Shown one piece after another: positions 8,273 to 17,707 of a DNA stretch of 42,044 bases. The DNA lies in the NCBI GenBank assembly GCA_012729935.1, contig JAAYBY010000192.1, positions 1 through 42,044 of the forward strand, written 5' to 3'. The stretch is from Clostridiaceae bacterium. Its GTDB lineage: Bacteria; Bacillota; Clostridia; Saccharofermentanales; UBA5734. The number at the start of each line of letters is the position of its first letter. The first letter of the stretch is position 1. A model generated the notes under the pieces. The model worked only from the letters and a program-made list of their open reading frames with translations. It was not told where the DNA came from and made no database searches. The position numbers and the translations under genes were made by a program.

Positions 8273-10933
8273 ATGCAACCAGAGAGCTTGAACACCATCC
8301 GGGAGAAATTTTTAAACTTCTTCGAATCAAAGGGTCATCTTCGTTTGCCCAGTTTTTCGCTGATTCCCCGTAATGACCCGTCGATTTTGTTGATCAATGC
8401 GGGTATGACACCTTTGAAACCGTATTTTACCGGTGCTGAAAAGCCACCGGCATTAAGGGTGACGACCTGCCAGAAATGTATACGTACACCGGATATTGAC
8501 CGGGTCGGCCAGACGGCGCGTCATGGAACCTATTTCGAGATGCTCGGCAATTTTTCGTTTGGTGATTATTTCAAGCAGGAAGTGATACCGTGGGCCTGGT
8601 CATTCTGTACAGACGTTTTGGAAATGCCGGCAGATCGGCTTTATGTATCAGTCTTTCAAGACGACGATGAAGCATTCGATATCTGGCATCACACTGTCGG
8701 ATTGTCTAAAGATCGTATATACCGGATGGGCAAAGAGGACAACTTCTGGGAACACGGCATCGGGCCGTGTGGACCGTGTTCAGAAATCTATTTTGATCGC
8801 GGACCGAAATATGGGTGTGGAAAAGAAGACTGCCATGTGGGCTGCGACTGCGATCGGTTTGTAGAATTCTGGAATCTTGTCTTTACTCAGTTTTACCGTG
8901 ACGCTGACGGCAGCTATTCTCCGCTCGAAAAAAAGAACATAGATACAGGTGCGGGATTAGAACGGTTGGCTTGCATCATGCAGGATGTTGATAATTTATT
9001 TGAAGTCGACACCATCCGTGCAATTCTTAACCATGCCTGCGAACTTGCTCAAGTAACCTACGGGGCAGAGCAGCGGTCTGACATGGCGATTCGTGTGATT
9101 ACAGATCACATCCGCAGTACGACCATGATGATCAGTGATGGTGTCATACCGTCGAATGAGGATCGAGGCTATGTATTAAGACGCTTGCTGCGCCGCGCTG
9201 CACGCTATGGCAGGCTTCTTGGTTTAAGCAAACCATTTCTGTTCAAACTGGTACCGACCGTTATCAGTGAATCATCAGGGGCTTATCCGGAACTTGAAAG
9301 CAATCGCAGCCGGATTATCCAGATCATACGCCAGGAAGAAGAGCGGTTTATGGAAACCATCCAACAGGGCAGTGCCATTCTTGATCAGCTCATTGAGACG
9401 GCACGCTCTCAGGGACATGAGGAACTCTCAGGCGCTGAGGTCTTCCGATTGCATGACACATTCGGATTTCCCTTCGACCTAACCCGTGAGATTGCCGCTG
9501 AACAGGGTCTGAAAGTTGATGAGCCGGGGTTCCAGGCGGAAATGACTCGGCAAAAAGAAACGGCCAGACAGGCTTTCCTGGCAAAGACCGGTTCAGCCTG
9601 GGATCAGGGAAGCCTGCCTGAAGCAGTCAAACGTGCAGAGCCAACCTTCTTTTCGGGCTATGAAACGCTGGAGGATGAAGGAACGGTACGCTACCTGCTC
9701 ATAACAGATGAGGCGAAAGGCCTGATCAGTGTTCAGAATGCATCAGAGGGAGATAAAGTGACGGTTATTCTTGACCGGACTCCTTTTTACGCTGCATCCG
9801 GAGGTCAAATTGGCGATACCGGACAGATCATCAGCGATAATCTGGTATTGTCTGTTGTTGACACAACGCGGACTGCTGAAGGACATTATCTGCATTCAGG
9901 TGAGGTCGTTTCCGGGATCATCCGGACAGACACCCGCGTTCAGTTGCAGGTCGATCGGCAAAAGCGGCTGGCAACAGCTCGCAACCATACCGTGACACAC
10001 CTGCTTCATCGTGCGCTTCGTGATGTGCTGGGTGATCATATCGCCCAGGCGGGTTCAGCTGTGGCTCCAGACCGGTTCCGATTTGATTTCAGCCATTTCC
10101 AGCCGATGACAGACTCGGAAAAACAAAAGGTGGAAGACCTCGTCAACCAGATGATCATCCAGAATGAGCCCGTAATAACGCGGATTATGTCGCTTGATGA
10201 TGCCCGTGCAGAAGGTGCTGTTGCCCTGTTTGATGAGAAATATGGTTCATCTGTCCGGGTTGTATCCGTCGGTTCTTTCAGCAAGGAGTTATGTGGCGGC
10301 ACACATCTTCGATATTCCTCGGAGGCCTGCCAATTCCGACTGATCAGTGAAAGCGGCATCGCGTCCGGTGTTCGTCGGATTGAAGGGGTGACAGGCAGCG
10401 GTGCCTGGCTTATTGCGCGCAGGCAAGGCCAGGAACTTCAGGCACTTAGCGATCTGGTGAAGACCAAGCCGGCAGATTTACAGGGTCGAATTCAACATAT
10501 GATCGATCAGGTTCATGTTCTGGAACATGAGCTATCCCTGCAGCAGAAAGAAAAACGATCCGGTCTGGCCGATGATTTGGTCAAACAGACAGTTGACATG
10601 AATGGTATAGCAGTCCTTGTTTCGCGTGTAGATGTGCCGGATGTTGAGCAGCTCAGGGCATTGTCCGATCAGATACGCGATCGACTGAGCGAAGCTGTTC
10701 TGGTTTTAGCTGCTGAAGTCAGCGGGAAAGCCGTATGGGTCGTCACAGCGTCTAAAGAAGCTGTCCAGCGAGGGGTTCACGCCGGTGAACTGATTCGTGA
10801 ACTCGCCAGGATAACAGGCGGCGGCGGTGGCGGAAAACCTGAAATGGCTCAGGCTGGCGGAAAAAACCCGGAAAAAATCGAGGATGCGTTGACTACCGCT
10901 CAACAGCGGCTGCAGGCTATATTGGGATCGTAA
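8273..10933 (+). CDS. alaS: Alanine--tRNA ligase
   Basis: MQPESLNTIREKFLNFFESKGH is a canonical AlaRS N-terminus. AAGGAG RBS at 8256-8261. Class II core FEMLGNFSFGDYFK, editing-domain HTVTHLLH and CGGTH motifs, and a C-terminal GGGGGKPEMAQAGG. The ORF-track start at 8207 lies on the promoter. Confidence 0.97.
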   Translation: MQPESLNTIREKFLNFFESKGHLRLPSFSLIPRNDPSILLINAGMTPLKPYFTGAEKPPALRVTTCQKCIRTPDIDRVGQTARHGTYFEMLGNFSFGDYFKQEVIPWAWSFCTDVLEMPADRLYVSVFQDDDEAFDIWHHTVGLSKDRIYRMGKEDNFWEHGIGPCGPCSEIYFDRGPKYGCGKEDCHVGCDCDRFVEFWNLVFTQFYRDADGSYSPLEKKNIDTGAGLERLACIMQDVDNLFEVDTIRAILNHACELAQVTYGAEQRSDMAIRVITDHIRSTTMMISDGVIPSNEDRGYVLRRLLRRAARYGRLLGLSKPFLFKLVPTVISESSGAYPELESNRSRIIQIIRQEEERFMETIQQGSAILDQLIETARSQGHEELSGAEVFRLHDTFGFPFDLTREIAAEQGLKVDEPGFQAEMTRQKETARQAFLAKTGSAWDQGSLPEAVKRAEPTFFSGYETLEDEGTVRYLLITDEAKGLISVQNASEGDKVTVILDRTPFYAASGGQIGDTGQIISDNLVLSVVDTTRTAEGHYLHSGEVVSGIIRTDTRVQLQVDRQKRLATARNHTVTHLLHRALRDVLGDHIAQAGSAVAPDRFRFDFSHFQPMTDSEKQKVEDLVNQMIIQNEPVITRIMSLDDARAEGAVALFDEKYGSSVRVVSVGSFSKELCGGTHLRYSSEACQFRLISESGIASGVRRIEGVTGSGAWLIARRQGQELQALSDLVKTKPADLQGRIQHMIDQVHVLEHELSLQQKEKRSGLADDLVKQTVDMNGIAVLVSRVDVPDVEQLRALSDQIRDRLSEAVLVLAAEVSGKAVWVVTASKEAVQRGVHAGELIRELARITGGGGGGKPEMAQAGGKNPEKIEDALTTAQQRLQAILGS

Positions 10934-10959
10934 ACGTATTGATCAAAGAGGTGAGCTAA

Positions 10960-11310
10960 ATGTCTGACTGTCTATTTTGTAAGATCAGCAGCGGAGAGAT
11001 ACCGGCTGATATTGTTTATGAAGATGATCGGGTGATTGCTTTTCGGGATATCCATCCTGTTGCACCTGTACACATCCTGATTGTCCCGAAAACACATGTT
11101 GCGACGATGTTGGAGTTGGCTGCTCGTCCGGACGGGTCGGATTTGGCTTCGGCTGTTCTTAAGGTTATCCCCGAAATAGCCCGAAAAATGCAGGTTGATC
11201 AGTCGGGCTTTCGTCTGATCAACAACTGTGGTGAAGAAGGCGGGCAGACGATACCACATGTCCACTTTCATCTGATTGGCGGACGAAAGCTCGGAGAAAA
11301 ACTTATTTGA
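10960..11310 (+). CDS. HIT-family (histidine triad) nucleotide hydrolase
   Basis: 116 aa, with the histidine triad HVHFHLIGG near the C-terminus and CLFCKI at the N-terminus. Confidence 0.9.
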   Translation: MSDCLFCKISSGEIPADIVYEDDRVIAFRDIHPVAPVHILIVPKTHVATMLELAARPDGSDLASAVLKVIPEIARKMQVDQSGFRLINNCGEEGGQTIPHVHFHLIGGRKLGEKLI

Positions 11311-11362
11311 TCGAATTTGATCAGAAAAGGACAGTCAAACAGACGGTCTAACAGAGTCGTAG

Positions 11363-11392
11363 TTGACGACAAGCGACTGATGCTTGTATAAT
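11363..11392 (+). promoter_or_regulatory. Promoter of rpsU (TTGACG-N18-TATAAT)
   Basis: TTGACG at 11363-11368 and TATAAT at 11387-11392, with TG immediately upstream of the -10. Confidence 0.6.
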
Positions 11393-11403
11393 ATGGCATG
11401 AAT

Positions 11404-11427
11404 CGCCCTGACTGGTAAGGGCGTTTT
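11404..11427 (+). other. 5'-proximal stem-loop in the rpsU leader (6-bp GC-rich stem, 8-nt loop, followed by TTTT)
   Basis: CGCCCT (11404-11409) pairs with AGGGCG (11418-11423), then TTTTA. It begins about 5 nt after the predicted transcription start site. Confidence 0.5.
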
Positions 11428-11470
11428 ATGTGGCGAATAGCTAGATATCGCCGTGAGGGGAGGGAAAAAA

Positions 11471-11644
11471 ATGTCAGAAATCAGAGTCAAGGAAAATGAA
11501 TCTCTTGACAGTGCCCTGAGACGATTCAAGCGCTCCTGTGCCCGTTCCGGTGTTCTTGCTGAAGTTCGCAAACGTGAACACTACGAAAAACCGAGTGTCA
11601 AACGCAAGAAGAAATCAGAAGCCGCCAGAAAAAGAAAACGCTGA
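11471..11644 (+). CDS. rpsU: 30S ribosomal protein S21
   Basis: [29 protein letters not shown].. followed by a basic tail. GAGGGGAGGG RBS directly upstream of the ATG at 11471. Confidence 0.95.
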   Translation: MSEIRVKENESLDSALRRFKRSCARSGVLAEVRKREHYEKPSVKRKKKSEAARKRKR

Positions 11645-11740
11645 CGGAAAGAATACGAATGATGCCCGCGTAATGGTGAAACTGGTGTCCTGGCTGTCAG
11701 GCACAGACATGGCGGCAGAAATCAATGAACGCACACAAGA

Positions 11741-11773
11741 ACAGGCCCGATGTCTGACAGATATCGGGCCTGT
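11741..11773 (+). other. Perfect 11-bp GC-rich hairpin between rpsU and recJ, with no U-tract
   Basis: ACAGGCCCGAT (11741-11751) pairs with ATCGGGCCTGT (11763-11773), with an 11-nt loop. The next bases are ctgcaac rather than a T-run. The recJ RBS AGGAGG follows at 11781. Confidence 0.6.
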
Positions 11774-11794
11774 CTGCAACAGGAGGAACAGATC

Positions 11795-13924
11795 GTGACG
11801 TCAGATGGGTACAAGGAATGGCGTCTTTTGGCGAATACGTCTGACCACGGCGTTTTACTGGACCGCCTCTTGTTGGCGCGCGGCTTTCAAACACCGGAAG
11901 AAGCGGCAATTTTTCTCAGGCCGACCCTTGAGCAACTCCATGACCCATATCTGCTGCCGGACATGCAGTTGGCAGCGGATTTATTGCTCCAGGCAATAGA
12001 CCGCAAATCATCCATTGCCATTCACGGCGATTATGATGTCGATGGACTGACCGGAACAGCGTTGCTGGTTCGTTTTTTGCGCGCACACGGAATCGAACCG
12101 GTTGTCCTGATTCCGGATCGTTTTGCTGATGGGTATGGTCTTACAGAGGCGACTGCCAGTCAGCTGATTGATGCCGGCATTGATCTTCTGATCACAGTTG
12201 ACTGCGGAATTTCCAGCATCGAAGAGATAGCACACCTGAAAAATTCGGGAATCCAGGTGATTGTGACCGATCATCACGAATGCGCTGAGCAGCTTCCACC
12301 TGCCGATGCTGTCATCAATCCAAAGCGCCCTGACAGCCGCTATCCCTTTCCTAGTCTGGCCGGTGCGGCTGTCGCCTTGAAACTGGTGCAGGCCTGCTGC
12401 CGGAGTCAGCCTGATGAGCAATGGCTGCGCTATCTTGACCTGGTTTGTATCGGAACCGTCGCTGATGTTGTCCCGTTAACGGATGAAAACCGGGTGCTCG
12501 TCGCCTGCGGACTGGCTCAGTTGAATCAAACAGTTTGCGAGAGCGATCAATATTCAGGGATTCCGCCGAGCTCATCAGTTGGTTTAAGCAGTTTGATCCA
12601 GACGGTTAATCCGGATCAAAAGCAGGTAACCGCCAGACTATTGGGATTCTCAGTCTCGCCCAAACTAAACGCAGCTGGCCGAATGGGCGACACCGATGAC
12701 GCGATCCGGCTTCTGCTGACCGATGATCCGCAGGAAGCTGACAAACTGGCGCGTCGCCTGGTTGAGATCAATAATGAACGACGGTTGATTGAAAACGAGA
12801 TGACCAGCGAGGCCATCGCTTTACTGGATCAAGAAACAAATCTGGATAATCAGGCTGTTTTAATCGCATGCAAACCGGACTGGCATCCCGGTGTTATTGG
12901 TATCGCTGCTGCCCGTCTGGCTGAGTATTATATGCGGCCGGTGATTGTCCTGACCAGAGAAGGTGATCAATACAGAGGTTCCTGCCGCAGCTGGGGTGAG
13001 ATCAATCTGCTGGATATTCTTAAGCATGCAGCACCGTTTATTGATCGTTTCGGCGGTCATCGGGAAGCTGCAGGGTTGACACTTTCTGTTGATCGATTGA
13101 CTGACTTTCGTCGAGCTGTTCAGGAATATGCCAGACAGCTGGGTCAAAAAACGAGACAGGCTGATATAACGGCGGATCTTGTTGTTTCAGCATCTGATCT
13201 GACGATTGAAAATGCCGAAACTCTGCGCTTGCTTGAACCATTTGGTCAGGGGAATCAGCTTCCGCTTTTCATTTTTCAGGGATTGATGGTGACTGATCTG
13301 AGAGTAGTCGGTCAGGGCGATCATCTGAAAATGACGGTTCAGTATGGAGGAACCGGACAAAGCTGGGATGCGATTGCATTTCGCCAGGCAGGGGCTGGTG
13401 ACTGGCTGGCTCCAGGAGATCTGGTTGATTTGCTCTTTTCACTGGATATCAATGAGTGGCGTGGCCGACGAAGCATCCAGCTCAATGTGCGGGATATTCA
13501 TCCGTCTGACAAAACAGGGGTCAATCCGTCCGTTTTATTTGAGGCTGAACAGCTTTATCAGTCACATCAGGATATTCATAAACTGGCTGCCCAGATCAAT
13601 CTGTCTTTTGATGACTTGCTGCCCGATCGTGCAGATTATCGGATGGTATACCAGTACTTGAGAACGCATTTCAACGATCAGCCGAAACGCGTCGATCTCT
13701 GGGTTCTGGCCATGAAGATCGCTCACAGTTATCAGAAACAGATTCATTTATTTCAGTTATCCAGAATTTTAAATGTTTTTGAAGAAGCGGGTCTGGTCGA
13801 TCAGCAGCGTATCGACTTCAATCAGATCAAACTCAGACTGATTCCTGTTCGCGGCAAAGTTTCGCTTGAACATTCACCGACATTCAGACAGATGTCACGA
13901 GTTCTTGAAGGCGGGGTGACCTGA
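11795..13924 (+). CDS. recJ: Single-stranded-DNA-specific exonuclease RecJ
   Basis: The GTG at 11795 is 8 nt after AGGAGG, whereas the ORF-track ATG at 11750 lies inside the hairpin. DHH-family motifs IHGDYDVDGLTG, TVDCG and VTDHHE, and DHHA1 motif GGHREAAG. Confidence 0.93.
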   Translation: MTSDGYKEWRLLANTSDHGVLLDRLLLARGFQTPEEAAIFLRPTLEQLHDPYLLPDMQLAADLLLQAIDRKSSIAIHGDYDVDGLTGTALLVRFLRAHGIEPVVLIPDRFADGYGLTEATASQLIDAGIDLLITVDCGISSIEEIAHLKNSGIQVIVTDHHECAEQLPPADAVINPKRPDSRYPFPSLAGAAVALKLVQACCRSQPDEQWLRYLDLVCIGTVADVVPLTDENRVLVACGLAQLNQTVCESDQYSGIPPSSSVGLSSLIQTVNPDQKQVTARLLGFSVSPKLNAAGRMGDTDDAIRLLLTDDPQEADKLARRLVEINNERRLIENEMTSEAIALLDQETNLDNQAVLIACKPDWHPGVIGIAAARLAEYYMRPVIVLTREGDQYRGSCRSWGEINLLDILKHAAPFIDRFGGHREAAGLTLSVDRLTDFRRAVQEYARQLGQKTRQADITADLVVSASDLTIENAETLRLLEPFGQGNQLPLFIFQGLMVTDLRVVGQGDHLKMTVQYGGTGQSWDAIAFRQAGAGDWLAPGDLVDLLFSLDINEWRGRRSIQLNVRDIHPSDKTGVNPSVLFEAEQLYQSHQDIHKLAAQINLSFDDLLPDRADYRMVYQYLRTHFNDQPKRVDLWVLAMKIAHSYQKQIHLFQLSRILNVFEEAGLVDQQRIDFNQIKLRLIPVRGKVSLEHSPTFRQMSRVLEGGVT

Positions 13925-16230
13925 TGTCCCCAACGAAAGAGCGATCAAATCAAAGAATACTGGATCAGATTCTGGAACGGTATGTCAGCTACTCCGGTGG
14001 CAATCAAGGCGAGAAAATTGTTCGAGCCTATCAGTTTGCGATGGAAGCCCATGGTCAGCAGCAACGTGCAACCGGCGAACCGTACATCATTCATCCGCTC
14101 GCTGTCGCAGCCATTCTGATTGATCTTGAAGTCGACGAGGATACACTTGCGGCAGCTTTGCTGCATGATACCGTTGAGGATACTGGAAAAACCGTCGAAG
14201 AAATACGTGAGCAATTTGGTGATGATGTTGCGGCTCTGGTTGATGGCGTTACAAAGCTGAGCAGAATTCCTTATTCGTCGAAAGAAGAAATACAGGCCGA
14301 GAATTTCCGAAAAATGTTTTTGGCTATGGCCAAAGATATTCGTGTTGTTTTGATCAAGCTGGCGGACCGGCTGCACAATATGCGAACCCTTCGCAACATG
14401 AGACCGGAAAAGCAGGCGGAAAAAGCCCGTGAAACACTAGATATTTATGCTCCGCTGGCCCATCGGCTGGGCATCTATAAGATCAAATGGGAACTTGAGG
14501 ATTTGTGCCTCAGGTATATCGATCGCGATGCCTATTACGAGTTGGTAGGGGCGATTGCCCAGAAGCGATCCGAGCGTGAAAAGTATCTTGAAGAGATTGT
14601 GATTCAGCTGCAGATAAAAATTCGGGAAATGGGTATCAAATCGGAGATTGAAGGCCGTCCCAAACATTTCTACAGTATCTATCGAAAAATGAAGCAGCAA
14701 CAGAAAAGTCTTGATCAGATTTATGATCTGTTTGCCGCTCGTATCATTGTGAAAACGGTATCAGACTGTTATGCGGTACTTGGCCTCGTTCATGAACTCT
14801 ATAAGCCCATGCCCGGTCGGTTCAAAGATTATATTGCCATGCCTAAACCGAATATGTACCAATCATTGCACACCACGGTTATCGGCCCGCGCGGCATACC
14901 GTTTGAAATCCAGATTCGGACCGAAAGTATGCATCGGACGGCAGAATATGGCATAGCCGCGCACTGGCGCTACAAAGAAACCGCTAAACCATCACAGCCG
15001 GAAGACAGCTTTGACAGTAAACTGGCATGGTTGAGACAACTGCTTGAATGGCAAAAAGATATGCGTGACGCAGGCGAGTTCATGGAATCACTGAAAAACG
15101 GACTGGTTGCTGACGAAGTGTTCGTTTTTACACCCAAAGGAGATGTGCGTTCGCTGCCGGCCGGATCTGTACCGATTGATTTCGCATACAGCATTCACAG
15201 CGGTGTTGGTAATCGAATGTATGGTGCGAAAGTAAACGGCCGCATGGTTCCTCTGACCTATGAACTGCAAAATGGTGACATCGTTGACATACTGACGTCG
15301 GATAAAGTCCATGGACCCAGTCGCGACTGGCTGAAAATTGTCAAAAGTACTTCAGCCAGAACAAAAATCAGCCAATGGTTTAAAAAAGAGATGCGGCAGG
15401 AGAACATTGACCGCGGTCGAGAGATCGTTGACCGGGAAATCAAGAAGACAGGTTTCACATCCGGACAGCTTCAGAAAAGCGAGTTTATCCATTCCATATT
15501 GCGCCGCTACACCATGAACAGTATGGACGACGTCTATGCTGCAGTCGGATACGGTGGATTGTCGGCAGGCCGGATTGTGTCAAATCTCAGAGATGCATAT
15601 ATCCGATCTCTGCCAGACGATGAGCGGATGAAACTCGGTTACCGTGTGACATCATCCAATCAGGTCATCTACAGTCCCCAGACAAGTGCGCTGGTAGACG
15701 ATAAGGTCCAAGCTGAACAGAAAAAAGCAAAACAGCACGGACGTGAACAGTCAGATCATGGTGTGATTGTCAAGGGGATTGACAATTGCCTGGTGCGGCT
15801 GTCCCGCTGCTGCAGTCCTGTGCCGGGAGATCCGATTATCGGGTATGTGACGAGAGGAAAGGGCGTTGCCGTGCATCGAACCGACTGCCCAAACATCCGC
15901 CATCTTCTCCAGGTCTCTGGCGATTCAGCTGCCGATGCTGAAAAAGCGTCCCGATTGATTGACGTTGCCTGGGGCCGTGAGAACCGTGACACAACCTATC
16001 AGGTCACCTTGAAAATCCTGGCACACGACAGACGTCATCTGCTTGCGGAAGTTTCGAATGCCATTGCCGATGAAAAAGTGTCAATCATATCCGGGCAGAT
16101 GATGGCAATGAAAGATGTCACCGCAACGCTGACCATGACCATCGAAGTGAACAGTCAAAGCCAGTATGATCGCGTTCTGGGGCGGATAAAAGCCATTAGG
16201 GACGTTATAGATGTCAAACGCGGCCATTGA
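13924..16230 (+). CDS. relA: Bifunctional (p)ppGpp synthetase/hydrolase (RelA/SpoT homologue)
   Basis: HD hydrolase domain (HPLAVA..LLHDTVEDT), synthetase domain (YKPMPGRFKDYIAMPKPNMYQSLHTTV, EIQIRT), plus TGS and ACT regions. The start overlaps the recJ stop (TGATG). Confidence 0.96.
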   Translation: MSPTKERSNQRILDQILERYVSYSGGNQGEKIVRAYQFAMEAHGQQQRATGEPYIIHPLAVAAILIDLEVDEDTLAAALLHDTVEDTGKTVEEIREQFGDDVAALVDGVTKLSRIPYSSKEEIQAENFRKMFLAMAKDIRVVLIKLADRLHNMRTLRNMRPEKQAEKARETLDIYAPLAHRLGIYKIKWELEDLCLRYIDRDAYYELVGAIAQKRSEREKYLEEIVIQLQIKIREMGIKSEIEGRPKHFYSIYRKMKQQQKSLDQIYDLFAARIIVKTVSDCYAVLGLVHELYKPMPGRFKDYIAMPKPNMYQSLHTTVIGPRGIPFEIQIRTESMHRTAEYGIAAHWRYKETAKPSQPEDSFDSKLAWLRQLLEWQKDMRDAGEFMESLKNGLVADEVFVFTPKGDVRSLPAGSVPIDFAYSIHSGVGNRMYGAKVNGRMVPLTYELQNGDIVDILTSDKVHGPSRDWLKIVKSTSARTKISQWFKKEMRQENIDRGREIVDREIKKTGFTSGQLQKSEFIHSILRRYTMNSMDDVYAAVGYGGLSAGRIVSNLRDAYIRSLPDDERMKLGYRVTSSNQVIYSPQTSALVDDKVQAEQKKAKQHGREQSDHGVIVKGIDNCLVRLSRCCSPVPGDPIIGYVTRGKGVAVHRTDCPNIRHLLQVSGDSAADAEKASRLIDVAWGRENRDTTYQVTLKILAHDRRHLLAEVSNAIADEKVSIISGQMMAMKDVTATLTMTIEVNSQSQYDRVLGRIKAIRDVIDVKRGH

Positions 16231-16352
16231 TTTGCTTGCCGCACGGGCAACCAGGCACATGCTGATCATGTCAAAATAATACAAAACAGAGCAAGAAAAT
16301 AACACAGATACCGCTTGAGCTGATATACAATAGCAAAGAAGCAGGTGATTAT

Positions 16353-17696
16353 TTGCGTTCATTCGATCTGGCAAACATCAAGAGTGAGTCAGTCAGTTTT
16401 TTAAATGCAGCTGCTGACCATTACAGCAAGGCATGCGGTGTAGCATGCCGGGTGATTGATTCGCTCGGCAGCACCTGTTATATTGCCGCTGAGCCGGATC
16501 AGATCAGAATCTGTGACCTGACGTCTGTTATGCTTAAAGAAGAGACAACGGAAAAAGAATTGCAGACGGCCTGCATCTGTGATCATGCCCATTTATATGG
16601 CTGCTATCAGGCAGAGCGTTTCGGCGGCCAGTATATTTATTTTTGCCCATTAGGCCTGACGCACTGGGCAGCACCGGTTTACCGGGACGGCTCGCCGATT
16701 GGCGCCTTGATCTGCGGACCGGTCAATATGGTGGATCCTGAAGAATTTCTACTGGATGATCTCGTCGTAAAAAATGGCATTCATCCGGATCATCTGTCGC
16801 AGATGCACCATGCAATCCAGTCAGTTCCGGTGATTTCCACTGAACGAGTCAACGCGATGAGCGAGCTGCTGTTCTATGTTGCGGATTCGTTGTCCGACGC
16901 ATCGTTCGAACAGGTGAAAAACCGCAAGGAGTCTGGTGATTTGCAGGCGCTTCTCTGGGACCAGATCCACTTTATGAAACGGTTTACCCATGTCAGCGAA
17001 GAGAATCTTGCCTATCCAATTGAAAAGGAAGATGAATTGCTGCAGCAGATTGAGATGGGAAATAAAGCGGTTTCGCAGAAAATTCTCAATGAAATCATGG
17101 GTCATATTTTCTTTTCCAGCAGCGGAAGCATTGAAATCATGCGGGCGCGTGTGTTGGAACTGGTTGTTTTGCTGTCTCGAGCAGCCATCCGCGGCGGTGC
17201 CGATGTACAGCAGATTTTCGGGTTGAATTATACCTATTTGAGCAAAATTCAGTCTTTTCAGAATATCGATGAAATCGCCTACTGGCTGTCCGGTATCATG
17301 ACACGTTTTACAGATCAGGTTTTCAATCTGACACATGTAAAGCATGCAGACGTCATTTTTCATGCGATCAGTTTTATCAAGAAGAACTATATGAAGAAAA
17401 TAACGCTGGAGCAGGCGGCATCACATGTTTATTTAAGTCCGGCTTATTTCAGCCGCCTGTTCAAACTTGAGATGGGAGAAAACTTCAACACCTATGTCAA
17501 TTCAATACGTGTACAGTCAGCCAAGAATCTGTTGATGAATGAAGCCATTCCGATGATCGATATCGCCAGTCTGGTCGGCTTTGAAACACAAAGTTATTTT
17601 TCAAAGGTATTTAAGCGTTTAACAGGTGTTACACCTGGTAAATATAGAGAGTCCAGGGGCCAGATCAGGCCCGAAAATAATTCTGTAACCAAATAG
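16353..17696 (+). CDS. AraC-family transcriptional regulator with an N-terminal PocR-type sensor domain
   Basis: The C-terminal AraC HTH reads LSPAYFSRLFKLEMGENFNTYVNSIRV...SYFSKVFKRLTGVTPGKYR. The N-terminus has the PocR-like pattern FCPLGLTHWAAPVYRDGSPIGALICGPV. Only a TTG start is available (16353), preceded by AGGTGA. Confidence 0.8.
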   Translation: MRSFDLANIKSESVSFLNAAADHYSKACGVACRVIDSLGSTCYIAAEPDQIRICDLTSVMLKEETTEKELQTACICDHAHLYGCYQAERFGGQYIYFCPLGLTHWAAPVYRDGSPIGALICGPVNMVDPEEFLLDDLVVKNGIHPDHLSQMHHAIQSVPVISTERVNAMSELLFYVADSLSDASFEQVKNRKESGDLQALLWDQIHFMKRFTHVSEENLAYPIEKEDELLQQIEMGNKAVSQKILNEIMGHIFFSSSGSIEIMRARVLELVVLLSRAAIRGGADVQQIFGLNYTYLSKIQSFQNIDEIAYWLSGIMTRFTDQVFNLTHVKHADVIFHAISFIKKNYMKKITLEQAASHVYLSPAYFSRLFKLEMGENFNTYVNSIRVQSAKNLLMNEAIPMIDIASLVGFETQSYFSKVFKRLTGVTPGKYRESRGQIRPENNSVTK

Positions 17697-17707
17697 GGAG
17701 GTACACA

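Noticed and set aside
16231-16352. A cobalamin riboswitch upstream of the PocR-AraC / corrinoid-protein pair.
   Set aside because: The region is only 122 nt, AT-rich, and has no B12-box-like element or multi-stem structure that I can see.
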